Under the pieces are notes generated by a model. It was not told the origin of the DNA. It did no database searches and worked only from the letters and a program-made list of their open reading frames with translations. A program made the position numbers and the translations under genes. This document shows, piece after piece, positions 9,748 through 18,795 of a stretch of 64,000 nt of DNA; the stretch's first letter is position 1; each line of letters opens with the position of its first letter. Source of the DNA: an uncultured Candidatus Saccharibacteria bacterium (GTDB taxonomy: Bacteria; Patescibacteriota; Minisyncoccia; Phycocordibacterales; Phycocordibacteraceae); NCBI GenBank assembly GCA_964446735.1, contig CAYUQB010000001.1, positions 263,826 to 327,825 of the forward strand. Direction: 5' to 3'.

Positions 9748-10194
9748 CTAGGAGGTAGGCGGAAGCGGGGGTGAATTGCCTCGAATGAGGCCATACGCAA
9801 CCACCGCAAGGAGCACCGCGATGGCAGCGGACGCAAGGCAGTAGATACACAGTGCGTCTATAAGCGCGAGCTGAACGTACACAAAATATGCGGACGCGAG
9901 GACGCCGACAACCGAAAGTGCCGCGATAATGCGATCAAGACCACGACTTGGGCGAATAAGGGTCAGGAACGTAACAAGAAGGAATAGGCCATAGAAAACA
10001 ACACCATAGACACCGAGCGGAATTCCGAAGAAATGTGCGTACGGGCTTTGAGCAACCACATTGCAATCATTCAGCCCGTTTATGTCACAGACGAGTTCTC
10101 CGCCGGTAAGCGCAGTATTTGCCAGATACCATGCATCGACCAGGCCGAGAACCGTGAGCGCGATGAGCAAAGAAATAAGCGTCGAGCGCTTCAT
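9748..10194 (-). CDS. Vitamin K epoxide reductase (VKOR) family protein
   Basis: C..C loop pair, SPYAHFFGIP, CIYC active site. Confidence 0.9.
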   Translation of the reverse strand: MKRSTLISLLIALTVLGLVDAWYLANTALTGGELVCDINGLNDCNVVAQSPYAHFFGIPLGVYGVVFYGLFLLVTFLTLIRPSRGLDRIIAALSVVGVLASAYFVYVQLALIDALCIYCLASAAIAVLLAVVAYGLIRGNSPPLPPTS

Positions 10195-10248
10195 TGTGCC
10201 CATCCTACCATGCCTGTTGCCAGAGATAGCTGGTGATATAGTTTTCCC

Positions 10249-10650
10249 ATGGAACCCGTAGAAAAATCAGAGGACGAGTGGCGCGCTGAGCTCTCGCCCG
10301 AGGAGTTTAACGTCCTTCGAAAGGGGGATACCGAGGCACCGTTTAGTGGAACGTACGTGGATAACCATGAAGATGGCACCTATCGCTGCCGTGCCTGCGG
10401 AAATATGCTTTTCAGCTCAAAGCAGAAGTTTGATTCGGGGAGCGGCTGGCCCTCGTTTACCGATCCGGCAGTCGCCGAGAATGTCGGCACACGGCCAGAT
10501 GATAGCTATGGCATGCACCGAACCGAGGTGTACTGCAAACGATGCGGGAGCCACCTTGGCCATGTATTCAATGACGGCCCGGAAGAATTAGGCGGAAAGC
10601 GGTACTGCATTAATTCCGTGTGCTTGGCGTTCGACAAAGAAGAAAACTAA
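10249..10650 (+). CDS. msrB: Peptide methionine-R-sulfoxide reductase
   Basis: CRAC, FDSGSGWPSF, CKRCGSHLGHVF.DGP, RYCINS. Confidence 0.96.
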   Translation: MEPVEKSEDEWRAELSPEEFNVLRKGDTEAPFSGTYVDNHEDGTYRCRACGNMLFSSKQKFDSGSGWPSFTDPAVAENVGTRPDDSYGMHRTEVYCKRCGSHLGHVFNDGPEELGGKRYCINSVCLAFDKEEN

Positions 10651-11129
10651 ATCTCATCATCCTCATCCAGAAGACTATCAAGTGCCGCATCTTCGCGTGC
10701 ATCCTTGAACGCCTGCATTTCCGCACCGATTCGGGCCATCTCGTCTTCTCCCACGTTCTCCTTTGCACGCGGTAGGAGATCACGTTCTTCCTCCTCGACA
10801 TGGTGGGCGATCGTTTCTTTGAGGAGGAGCATTTTTGCATCAAACTGCGAATCCTCCGGGTCAAGCCCATGCAACTCATCAATGATCGTCTTCGCCACAC
10901 CATGCTCGGCATATGCTTCCTCCACCAGGTTCTCATCACCTGACAACGCCTCTGTAAAAACCGGGTAGGCGATGGTCTCTTCCATTTCTGTATGTGCCTC
11001 AAGCTCATCCATGATGGAGTCTGCAAGTTCCTGCTTGCGTTCGTACTCCTCCTCATCGAGTGCTTCGTACTCGGTAAAGAGCGCTTCGACACGACGATGA
11101 TCTGACGTGATGAGTTCAATGGGATCCAT
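10647..11129 (-). CDS. Hemerythrin HHE domain protein
   Basis: DHRRVE, AHTEMEE..YP, EH, HHVEEEE..LP. Confidence 0.88.
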   Translation of the reverse strand: MDPIELITSDHRRVEALFTEYEALDEEEYERKQELADSIMDELEAHTEMEETIAYPVFTEALSGDENLVEEAYAEHGVAKTIIDELHGLDPEDSQFDAKMLLLKETIAHHVEEEERDLLPRAKENVGEDEMARIGAEMQAFKDAREDAALDSLLDEDDEI

Positions 11130-11222
11130 ACAGAGTGTGGTTATTCTTAGACGAACGACGATGCTTGTATACGTACTAGCATATGATGCCGGAGTGAAGA
11201 CGTACGATGATAAACTGAGGAT

Positions 11223-11762
11223 ATGAAAGAGGTAGCTATCTTTGGTGGAGGATGCTTTTGGTGCACTGAAGCAGTGTTCAAGATGCTGCGAGGCGTTTCT
11301 GGGGTAGAACCAGGATACGCAGGAGGAGACCTACCGAATCCTACATACGAGCAGGTCACCACCGGAACAACTGGCCATGCCGAAGTGATCCGAGTCGAGT
11401 ATGACCCATCACAGATTTCGTACCGCGACCTCATGACTGTTTTCTTTGGAAGTCACGACGCTACCCAGTTGAACCGACAAGGGAACGATATAGGTACGGA
11501 GTATCGCTCAGCTATCTTCCCCACCACTCCCGAACAAGCAGCAGAAGCTCGCACCTTTATCAATGAGCTCCAGCAATCAGCACCCGAGGGCGATCCTATC
11601 GTGACGACTGTGGAAGAAGACACCACCTTCTATCCGGCCGAGGACTATCACAAGAATTACTACGCTCGCAACTCGCAGCAGGGCTATTGCCAGGTCATCA
11701 TTGCGCCCAAGCTCCAGAAGGTGCAGAAGGAATTTGCCGAGCTTTTGGCCTCTCATCAGTAA
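11223..11762 (+). CDS. msrA: Peptide methionine-S-sulfoxide reductase
   Basis: GGGCFWC, GHAEVI, RQGNDIG.EYRS, AEDYH..YY. Confidence 0.96.
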   Translation: MKEVAIFGGGCFWCTEAVFKMLRGVSGVEPGYAGGDLPNPTYEQVTTGTTGHAEVIRVEYDPSQISYRDLMTVFFGSHDATQLNRQGNDIGTEYRSAIFPTTPEQAAEARTFINELQQSAPEGDPIVTTVEEDTTFYPAEDYHKNYYARNSQQGYCQVIIAPKLQKVQKEFAELLASHQ

Positions 11763-11885
11763 CGTTTTCCTCTCTGTGCGGTTATAGACAACAGAGGGCG
11801 CAGAGGCTTCCAGAGAACGTGATCCGGAGACAGATTCTTTGTCTCGCCAGTACCACCCCTGGCTTACCCATAACACCCATTCGCT

Positions 11886-12110
11886 ATGTCCGTATGGAAT
11901 GCGATAGGTATCGGGGTACTGATCATCGTCCTCAAGTTACTCGCCCCTACCGTTCTCTCACAAGGAGTATCGACGACTGTCACGCTTTTGGAAGGAGTCG
12001 AGGTTTCTGCTCAAGTTGCTTCTGGGTATGCTGCACGTGCTGCTACCTTGAATCAACCTGCCGTCCCTCCCTTTCCCCTTCCTCATGCGCGCCAAGTCGG
12101 TCCGTACTGA
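11886..12110 (+). CDS. Small hypothetical membrane-anchored protein
   Basis: N-terminal hydrophobic helix; TAAC 11 nt before ATG; ends near a terminator. Confidence 0.55.
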   Translation: MSVWNAIGIGVLIIVLKLLAPTVLSQGVSTTVTLLEGVEVSAQVASGYAARAATLNQPAVPPFPLPHARQVGPY

Positions 12111-12162
12111 ATTTTCCTTGAACACCACCCGCGCCTCCGCCGGGTGGTCTTCGCATATACGA

Positions 12163-12186
12163 ACAAAGGCCCGTCGGGGCCTTTGT
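12163..12186. terminator. Terminator hairpin between convergent genes
   Basis: ACAAAGGCCC-gtcg-GGGCCTTTGT. Confidence 0.65.
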
Positions 12187-12204
12187 CGATCATACGGACG
12201 ATGC

Positions 12205-12618
12205 TTACATCGTTCCTCCAGAAGGAGGCATGGCAGCTGCTGGCATCGGAGTGGAGGAACCACCCTTTGCAACGAATCCTGCCACGACGAGTACGACGCC
12301 AAGTACGACATGGAGCAGATGGTCTGCCATGTTGACCTGTACCAGACCCAAAAGCTCACCGCCATCAGGAACCATGAGGAAGCCGAGTACCGCAACGAGG
12401 AGGTACACGACGCCGATGACCTTGAGCCAGAGGGCTGATGCGCTCGAGGCCCAGAGACCTACACCAAGCAAGACAAGACCGAATACCAGGTGTACACCAT
12501 CGTGCACATGGTTGGTATCGAAGAACGCACCCATACCCACGAGCGGGTTGGGTACCCATCCGAGGATGCCCACGAGCACGAATACGATACCGAAGATTAT
12601 CGCAAGCGTTTTAGCCAT
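12205..12618 (-). CDS. DUF4383-like membrane protein
   Basis: FGIVFVLVGILG, N.VH..VHL, N.ADH.LH pattern in a 4-TM protein. Confidence 0.75.
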   Translation of the reverse strand: MAKTLAIIFGIVFVLVGILGWVPNPLVGMGAFFDTNHVHDGVHLVFGLVLLGVGLWASSASALWLKVIGVVYLLVAVLGFLMVPDGGELLGLVQVNMADHLLHVVLGVVLVVAGFVAKGGSSTPMPAAAMPPSGGTM

Positions 12619-12715
12619 AGGACTGTAATGTTATTTAGGATCCTCGAAAGGACCGTGCGTAAAGTATAGCTCTGGCAGCTGAATTTGGACGGGCCCGTGC
12701 GAAGCGTGTGGATAG

Positions 12716-13432
12716 CTAAAAGACCGACACGTTGAACCAGTGCCCGATGCCGTACGTGACGGCCATGGCAATAGCGCCTCCGATAACGATACGAAGGGTC
12801 GTACGGGTAGTCGGTGCGCCACTCACGCGAGCACTCACGATGCCGGTGATGACGAGCGCGACCAACACTGAGGCGAATGCTATCGGGATGCGAACCTCCG
12901 CAGGAGGAACCATGATAGCGATGAGCGGAATAATGCCCCCGATAGTAAAGGAAATTGCTGACGCGAACCCCGCATGCCAGGGGTTGGTGAGGTAATTCGG
13001 ATCGATACCAAGCTCTGCTTCCGCATGAGCTGCAAACGCGTCATGCGCCGTGAGTTCCGTAGCGACTTGCCGCGCCGTATCGGGAGTCAGTCCCTTCCGT
13101 TCGTAAATGGATGCAAGTTCGTCAAACTCACTTTCTTTGAAGTGGGTCAATTCGTATCGTTCTTTGGTGAGGAGTGCGCGTTCGGTATCACGCTGACTTG
13201 AAACCGATACATACTCTCCCGCTGCCATGGAGAATGCACCTGCAAGCAATCCTGCGACTCCCGTTACCAAGATGGTATGTGCGTCCGCAAAGGCACCGGC
13301 AACACCGACGACCAGTGCCGCCATCGAAATGATGCCATCATTTGCACCTAGAACTGAGGCACGTAGCCAATTGAGCTTCGCAGCAAACGATCCCGAATGA
13401 AGCTCCTTGTGGGTAGGAGTGTGACGAGCCAT
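12716..13432 (-). CDS. VIT1/CCC1 family Fe/Mn transporter
   Basis: LRASVLGANDGI, AGAFSMAAGEYVSVSSQ, ELGID..LTNPW. Confidence 0.93.
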   Translation of the reverse strand: MARHTPTHKELHSGSFAAKLNWLRASVLGANDGIISMAALVVGVAGAFADAHTILVTGVAGLLAGAFSMAAGEYVSVSSQRDTERALLTKERYELTHFKESEFDELASIYERKGLTPDTARQVATELTAHDAFAAHAEAELGIDPNYLTNPWHAGFASAISFTIGGIIPLIAIMVPPAEVRIPIAFASVLVALVITGIVSARVSGAPTTRTTLRIVIGGAIAMAVTYGIGHWFNVSVF

Positions 13433-13461
13433 TGCCCTAAACTATACCGTATACTGAACCC

Positions 13462-13923
13462 ATGACGCACAGCGCACAAAAAACTGAAGCACGTGCTTTC
13501 CTTGCTTCCCACAAAACCGGGGTACTCTCGACCATTTCTAAGGATCAACGCCCTCGGGGACGTCTTGTCTATTTCGCAAGTGATGATGAGTTCACTATTT
13601 ATTTCATGACGCTCGCAACCACACGGAAGATGGAGGACCTGACCTCGTATCCGCTTGCTGCGTTCACCGTCTCAGACGAATCAACGTTTCAAACCCTCCA
13701 GATGGAGGGGACGGTGGTAGATATCACCAACTCCCCTACCGACGACACCATCATCGAATCACTCTTCCATCGTCTTCAGGTTGAAGCTGGTCACTACCCT
13801 CCCCTTGCTCATTTGGACCGTGGCGATGTGAAGTTCTTCCGTATCGATCCTGAATGGATTCGCTGGGGCGATTTTGAAGGAGGCTTCAAATCCAAAGATG
13901 TGCTCTTCGAGCTCAGTTCCTAA
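13462..13923 (+). CDS. Pyridoxamine 5'-phosphate oxidase-like (FMN split barrel) protein
   Basis: GVLSTI...P..R.VYF, T...TRK; TATACT 6 nt before ATG. Confidence 0.75.
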   Translation: MTHSAQKTEARAFLASHKTGVLSTISKDQRPRGRLVYFASDDEFTIYFMTLATTRKMEDLTSYPLAAFTVSDESTFQTLQMEGTVVDITNSPTDDTIIESLFHRLQVEAGHYPPLAHLDRGDVKFFRIDPEWIRWGDFEGGFKSKDVLFELSS

Positions 13924-14341
13924 ACTGATTCGATCCTTCCTGTTCCCGTTCGTCTATCTCACCTTCTGAAAGTCCGAAGTAATGTCCGACTTCGTGCCAG
14001 AGAGTTTCTCGGACCGCGTGAGTGAGCGCGTCGTCAAATGAGGTGAGTTCAGGTCGTGCATGGAGGAGCTCCTGCGCTTCTTCAAGCAGTGGAAGTCGAT
14101 ACAGCGTAATGGTGTCCGGAAGCGTACCACCATATCCGTACGTCTCACCGCGTTCTATGGCCGGTATACCAAGATATCGGCCAAGAAGAGTGTCGTCGGG
14201 ACCGAGTCCTTCTTCCGTGCGTACTTCCTCACTCGGCTCGTCTTCGATAAGAAGCGCGACATTCGTGACCCGTGTCTTAAAGCGCTCAGGCATTGCCGCC
14301 CACGTGCGTGCCACGAGGGATTCAAATGCATCTCGGTCCAT
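13913..14341 (-). CDS. Zincin-like metallopeptidase family protein
   Basis: LLGRYLG.P, PDTITLYR.P, HEVGHYFG. Confidence 0.85.
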   Translation of the reverse strand: MDRDAFESLVARTWAAMPERFKTRVTNVALLIEDEPSEEVRTEEGLGPDDTLLGRYLGIPAIERGETYGYGGTLPDTITLYRLPLLEEAQELLHARPELTSFDDALTHAVRETLWHEVGHYFGLSEGEIDEREQEGSNQFRN

Positions 14342-14343
14342 TG

Positions 14344-14946
14344 CTAGAAGCGTAGCAAATGGCGGAGCCAATTCCAGATACGATGGAAGACGCCGTTTTC
14401 GTTCGGGGGAACGGGAGGAGTACTGGTAGCGACAACCGGAGGAGTGGTAGTTCCAGGAGAAACAGTTCCGCTCCCGACATTCGTTCCTCCACCTCCCGGG
14501 AAAGGCTTTGGTTTTTCGTATGACGTGCAATAGCCGGGCTGCGGTTCATTCATACATGCGCGGAGCGTGCACATGGCATACCCATCGGTACCAATACTGC
14601 AATTATTGCACCCGTCGAACCACGCAGTGCATCCGGTGGGCGGTACATAGGGTTTGGGGTCTGTGGATACACCCTCGTTTCCGGTGCACTCTCCTGTATG
14701 CACGATTACGGCCTCATCAGCAGATGCCATGCAGGCGTTGCCGTACGTTTGATAAACCGGATTACAAGGAGCGCGAACGCACTGCACCTGCTTGGCAGCG
14801 CATACGGGGTCGTACTGCATCGTGCAAGCCATCGGGGTACGCGCGAATGCGGTAGCCGCAAAGACCTGTGCGAATACAATCGCGAGTATGGGAATAGCGA
14901 GATATCGTAGATCACTCAACATTGTCTGTAGAGACGGTTGAGGCAT
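14344..14946 (-). CDS. Secreted Cys-rich protein with Kazal-like domain
   Basis: Signal peptide; CTMQYDPVC...TYGNAC...GEC; second module C..WFDGCNNC...CT.RAC; start uncertain (14946 or 14922). Confidence 0.7.
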   Translation of the reverse strand: MPQPSLQTMLSDLRYLAIPILAIVFAQVFAATAFARTPMACTMQYDPVCAAKQVQCVRAPCNPVYQTYGNACMASADEAVIVHTGECTGNEGVSTDPKPYVPPTGCTAWFDGCNNCSIGTDGYAMCTLRACMNEPQPGYCTSYEKPKPFPGGGGTNVGSGTVSPGTTTPPVVATSTPPVPPNENGVFHRIWNWLRHLLRF

Positions 14947-14956
14947 GACACTCTTA

Positions 14957-15154
14957 CTACTGCGGCTGCGGAATGCTGGGAGCGGTAAGCGTACCGTAAT
15001 TCTCTTCCGCGTCGATGGCCTTCTTGGCATTTACGAACGCATGGTACTCGTACCGTGTCCCGAGCCAAAACCCGACCGCAAACACTCCCACGAATAGTGC
15101 GACGGCGACGATTTGCGAAAGGCTGGTCACCTCATCCCACGAGATTTTCTTCAT
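14957..15154 (-). CDS. Small single-TM hypothetical protein
   Basis: TACACT 6 nt before ATG; one hydrophobic helix. Confidence 0.65.
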   Translation of the reverse strand: MKKISWDEVTSLSQIVAVALFVGVFAVGFWLGTRYEYHAFVNAKKAIDAEENYGTLTAPSIPQPQ

Positions 15155-15172
15155 GTGTAGAGTGTAACGCAC

Positions 15173-15667
15173 TTATTGCCCGTCAAAGTCACCCGGCCGA
15201 GAAAGTTTTGGCTCTGGTTCAGCGATCTCTTCAAATTCCAGAGGAGTATCGGCTTGCCCCAGCTTCCCATCCATCATTGCTCGCACAGTTTTCACGCTGA
15301 AGTAGAGAGACGCTAGCATGAGCAGCACAGCTGCCTCACGTGCAATGAAAAGCTGAGGACTTGCGATCTCTCGCTCAACAATCGCAAAGTATTCAAGCAG
15401 TACCACCGATACCGCCGCGATAGTGGCATTCGCGATCATCACATGCACGTTGCGCGCACTGGTAAGGCCCGCTAGAAGCACGAGGAGGAGCGCAGCCGCT
15501 ACCTGCAGCACAGTGCTGAATGGTAAGAGATCACCCCACATTGGCATCGCAAGCAGTGAGAGTATGGCGGTTGCAATGAAGAGCGAGCGCACGTAGTCGC
15601 CGTAGTAATGCGGGATCTCCTGACTCCAGGCGACTCCTGCCTTCCACGAGTTATATCCGTTATCCAT
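15173..15667 (-). CDS. Hypothetical 4-TM membrane protein
   Basis: Hydrophobic pattern; TATAGT 6 nt before ATG. Confidence 0.7.
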   Translation of the reverse strand: MDNGYNSWKAGVAWSQEIPHYYGDYVRSLFIATAILSLLAMPMWGDLLPFSTVLQVAAALLLVLLAGLTSARNVHVMIANATIAAVSVVLLEYFAIVEREIASPQLFIAREAAVLLMLASLYFSVKTVRAMMDGKLGQADTPLEFEEIAEPEPKLSRPGDFDGQ

Positions 15668-15696
15668 ACGAATACTATACCACGCACTGTCAAGCG

Positions 15697-15722
15697 ACAG
15701 GCCCCGCGTGTGCGGGGCCTGT
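15697..15722 (-). terminator. Hairpin after dsbA-like gene
   Basis: ACAGGCCCCGC-gtgt-GCGGGGCCTGT. Confidence 0.65.
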
Positions 15723-15748
15723 GCTTTCCCATGGGAAGGACGAGAACG

Positions 15749-16450
15749 CTATTTCTTGAGCTCTGCGTCTATGAGAGCAGCGACTTCTGCGTACGGGCGA
15801 GCACCGGTTAGAAGCGAGGTGCCGATAATGGTGCTCGGCGTGCTATTAAGCCCGAGCTTCTGGGCTTCTGCACGGTCGGCAGCGATAGCAGCATCGTACT
15901 GGCTCTTCTTCTGCTCGACGAGTGCAGCGACTTTCGCAACATCGACTCCTGGAATCTTTGCCGTGAGTGTCTTGATGGACTCAAGGTCACCAAACCCTTC
16001 ATCGCCTTCGTCATCCTGTGCTTCCATCATGGCCATGTACCACTGATAGAAATGATCAGGATATGCCTCCCACATAGCGCGTCCAAAGCGCGCACCATCC
16101 GTGGAGTCCTGGCCAAGGAATTGGAAGTCCTTGAAGACCACCTTTACCTTACCTTCCTTCACGTAGGTATCGTTGAGCTGAGACACGACGGCCAGATCAA
16201 ACTGCTTGCAGAATGGGCACTGGTAGTCGAACCAGAGGGCGATGGTCACCGGAGCGTTTGCACTTCCGATAAACGGACTGCCCTCGGTCTTTACATCCTT
16301 GATGTTTACCTTAACCGCCTGGGGACCATCCTGTCCCGAAGGTTTTCCTGCACCACCTCCGTACACGAGCGCAACGGCGACGATGATTGCACCGACGAGC
16401 ACCGCGACCGGTGTAAGGTACTTCTCCATAAACACGTTCTTAGAATCCAT
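15749..16450 (-). CDS. DsbA-family thiol-disulfide oxidoreductase
   Basis: G..NAPVTI..WFDYQCPFC, cis-Pro loop STPS; N-terminal anchor. Confidence 0.9.
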   Translation of the reverse strand: MDSKNVFMEKYLTPVAVLVGAIIVAVALVYGGGAGKPSGQDGPQAVKVNIKDVKTEGSPFIGSANAPVTIALWFDYQCPFCKQFDLAVVSQLNDTYVKEGKVKVVFKDFQFLGQDSTDGARFGRAMWEAYPDHFYQWYMAMMEAQDDEGDEGFGDLESIKTLTAKIPGVDVAKVAALVEQKKSQYDAAIAADRAEAQKLGLNSTPSTIIGTSLLTGARPYAEVAALIDAELKK

Positions 16451-16525
16451 ATTTCTATAGCGATTTACAAGCCCTTATAAGCAATACGGAAAGTATACCG
16501 TATGGCTCTCTGGGGTCGAATTCGC

Positions 16526-17893
16526 TTAGGCGGTGACGAACGTGAGCGCCTTACCAGCCTTGCCAGCACGACCCGTGCGGCCAATGCGGTGCGTGTAGTC
16601 CTCGTAGCTACCGGGCAGGTCGTAGTTGATGACATGCGAGACACCCGAGATATCAAGACCGCGTGCTGCCACATCGGTAGCGACGAGTACCTGCACATGA
16701 CCCTGCTTAAAGAGGCCGAGTGCCTTCTGTCGTTTGCCGTGTGTCTTATCACCGTGGATAGAGTCTGCCTTGATGCCGCGTCGTGAGAGGTCGCGAGCGA
16801 GTCGCTCGACACCATGCTTGGTGCGGCCGAAGACGAGTACCTTATCCATGTCTGGTGCGGAAAGAATGTCGACGAGTGTGTCGAATTTGGTATCGCGCGT
16901 CACGTGCACCACATCTTGATCGATGGTGGATGCGGTGTCGCGAGTCTTCACCGATACTCGTACAGGATCCCGGAGAAACTCACCGATGAGCTTTTCAATT
17001 TCTCGATCCATGGTGGCCGAGAAGAAAAGCGTATGGCGCTCCTTGGGCATGAATCCAAGAATGAAACGCATGTCGTTAATGAAGCCCATATCGAGCATGC
17101 GATCGGCCTCGTCGAGAACTACGGTCGAGAATGCGCGGAAGTCGAGCTCCCTGCGTTCGTTAAGGTCCTTGAGTCGTCCAGGGGTTCCGATCACGAATGC
17201 CGGGTTCCGACGAAGCACGCGGATCTGCGGCACGATATTCGCGCCACCGACACAGGTGACGGAAGAAAGCCCAAGGCCCTTCGCGAATCCGAAGAACTCT
17301 GCTTCGATCTGAAGCGCGAGTTCACGAGTAGGAACCATGATGATCACCCGCTCCTCCTTTCCAAGGACACGGAATTTGAGCACTTTATCAATAAGAGGAA
17401 TAAGGAATGATGCCGTTTTTCCGGTACCGGTATTCGCAAGGCCCACGATATCGTGTCCCTTGAGGATGTGCGGAATGGATTGATCCTGAATCGGCGTCGG
17501 GGTGATATAACCCTTCCCGATAATGTTCTCCTTCAGGCGCTCATCGATGGCGAAATCATTGAATGCGTGCTGCGGCTGATATACATCCTCAGCTTCCATC
17601 GGTACCGCTTTATTCACGAGCCGTGAAAGGTCGACTGCCATCTCAGCGATGTTGCCGCGTTTCTTGGGTGCACCGCGACGATCATCGCGGCCACGGCGAG
17701 CTTGAGTATTTCCCCCACCCCGATTCGGACGGGCACGCGAAGGCTCGCGCCGAGGCACGTAGGTAAGAGAAGGCGCTACGGGAAGCGATGCAGCGAACTG
17801 CATGCCTGCTTCGTAGGCATTTGAGGTGCGCGGGCGATTACCCGCACGTTGAGGGCGGCGCATAGCGCCTCCTCGAGGTTTTGATTGTTGCAT
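16526..17893 (-). CDS. DEAD-box RNA helicase (RhlE/CshA-like) with Arg/Gly-rich N-terminal extension
   Basis: PTPIQ, ANTGTGKT, PTRELA, TPGRL, DEAD, SAT, ARGLD, HRIGRTGRAG. Confidence 0.95.
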   Translation of the reverse strand: MQQSKPRGGAMRRPQRAGNRPRTSNAYEAGMQFAASLPVAPSLTYVPRREPSRARPNRGGGNTQARRGRDDRRGAPKKRGNIAEMAVDLSRLVNKAVPMEAEDVYQPQHAFNDFAIDERLKENIIGKGYITPTPIQDQSIPHILKGHDIVGLANTGTGKTASFLIPLIDKVLKFRVLGKEERVIIMVPTRELALQIEAEFFGFAKGLGLSSVTCVGGANIVPQIRVLRRNPAFVIGTPGRLKDLNERRELDFRAFSTVVLDEADRMLDMGFINDMRFILGFMPKERHTLFFSATMDREIEKLIGEFLRDPVRVSVKTRDTASTIDQDVVHVTRDTKFDTLVDILSAPDMDKVLVFGRTKHGVERLARDLSRRGIKADSIHGDKTHGKRQKALGLFKQGHVQVLVATDVAARGLDISGVSHVINYDLPGSYEDYTHRIGRTGRAGKAGKALTFVTA

Positions 17894-18047
17894 AACTGGT
17901 CGTTGGTCTTGTTCCGCTCGATGCGGAAGAATAATGCGCAACGGTCTCGAGATTGTTTCAGGGCGCGCGATATGTCGCCACTGGTCTCGAGTTGTTACCG
18001 CATGGGAACCTCAAGACAGCTAACCTGTGGAGTACTGTTGCCTTCAT

Positions 18048-18076
18048 ACTGTAGCACGCATGCTACGATATCGCAA
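18048..18076 (-). promoter_or_regulatory. Sigma70-type promoter of the DEAD-box gene (TTGCGA-17-TACAGT)
   Basis: Minus strand ttgcga tatcgtagcatgcgtgc tacagt with extended TG. Confidence 0.6.
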
Positions 18077-18142
18077 TCTCTTCGCAGTGTGCAGCGCACG
18101 TCCCGCTCGCTGAGACATGCGCTGCACACTGGGAAGAACGGT

Positions 18143-18448
18143 CTAGGTACCGCGGCGTTTTCGCGTCGCGGCTGCCTTTTTGGCTGACGCTTTTCGGGCT
18201 GCTTTGGGGCGCTTGGCAGAAGCCGCACCACCCTTGCGCCCACCTTTTTTCATAGGACTGCGATTCTCCTTGGAAGCAGGTCGTCCCGATCCGCCAAGCC
18301 TCCCACCACCTGAAATCTTGTTCTCAGTGGCCCAGGCGCGGCGTTCGGCCTCGTCTTCGGGTACTCCGCGAGCTTTGTACCCTTCCTCGATATGCTCGGC
18401 CCTGCGCTTTTGCTTGGCCGTGTACTTCGATTTATCCCCGCGAGCCAT
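18143..18448 (-). CDS. Small basic stress-type protein (family often labelled plasmid stabilization protein)
   Basis: GDKSKYT.KQKR.AEHIEEGY..RGV...EAERRAWAT; KKGG and Lys/Ala-rich tail. Confidence 0.8.
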   Translation of the reverse strand: MARGDKSKYTAKQKRRAEHIEEGYKARGVPEDEAERRAWATENKISGGGRLGGSGRPASKENRSPMKKGGRKGGAASAKRPKAARKASAKKAAATRKRRGT

Positions 18449-18505
18449 ACCTGCTTCTTAGGGAATTACGAGCATACCATCCGGAGTGTTTCCCTGCATC
18501 TCATT

Positions 18506-18658
18506 TTACGCTACCGGATTACGTCCTTGAATAAGGCGGATGAGAACCAGGATTATGGCTGCAACGAGCAGGAGATGGATGAAACCGCCGATGGTGTACG
18601 AGCTCACCAGTCCGAGTGCCCAAAGTACGAGGAGGATGACTGCAATAGTGATTAGCAT
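18506..18658 (-). CDS. lmo0937-like (DUF5670) small membrane protein, 50 aa (not in ORF track)
   Basis: Translated by hand: MLITIAVILLVLWALGLVSSYTIGGFIHLLLVAAIILVLIRLIQGRNPVA. Confidence 0.85.
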   Translation of the reverse strand: MLITIAVILLVLWALGLVSSYTIGGFIHLLLVAAIILVLIRLIQGRNPVA

Positions 18659-18746
18659 GGCACGGAAATGTTAGTGCTTCCGATAACGAAGACGCTGGAA
18701 CGCCTTGGAGCTTACTTGTACGAAAAGGTGAGAGAAGAAACGATGA

Positions 18747-18773
18747 AGGGCGCCGACCTTGCGGTGGCGCCCT
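18747..18773 (-). terminator. Hairpin downstream of dapD
   Basis: AGGGCGCC-N11-GGCGCCCT with T-rich run following on the minus strand. Confidence 0.6.
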
Positions 18774-18795
18774 CTCGTACAAACTCGTACAGGAA

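Noticed and set aside
11763-11885. Possible structured ncRNA after msrA
   Set aside because: Several imperfect hairpins but no recognisable family; explicable as terminator plus promoter region.
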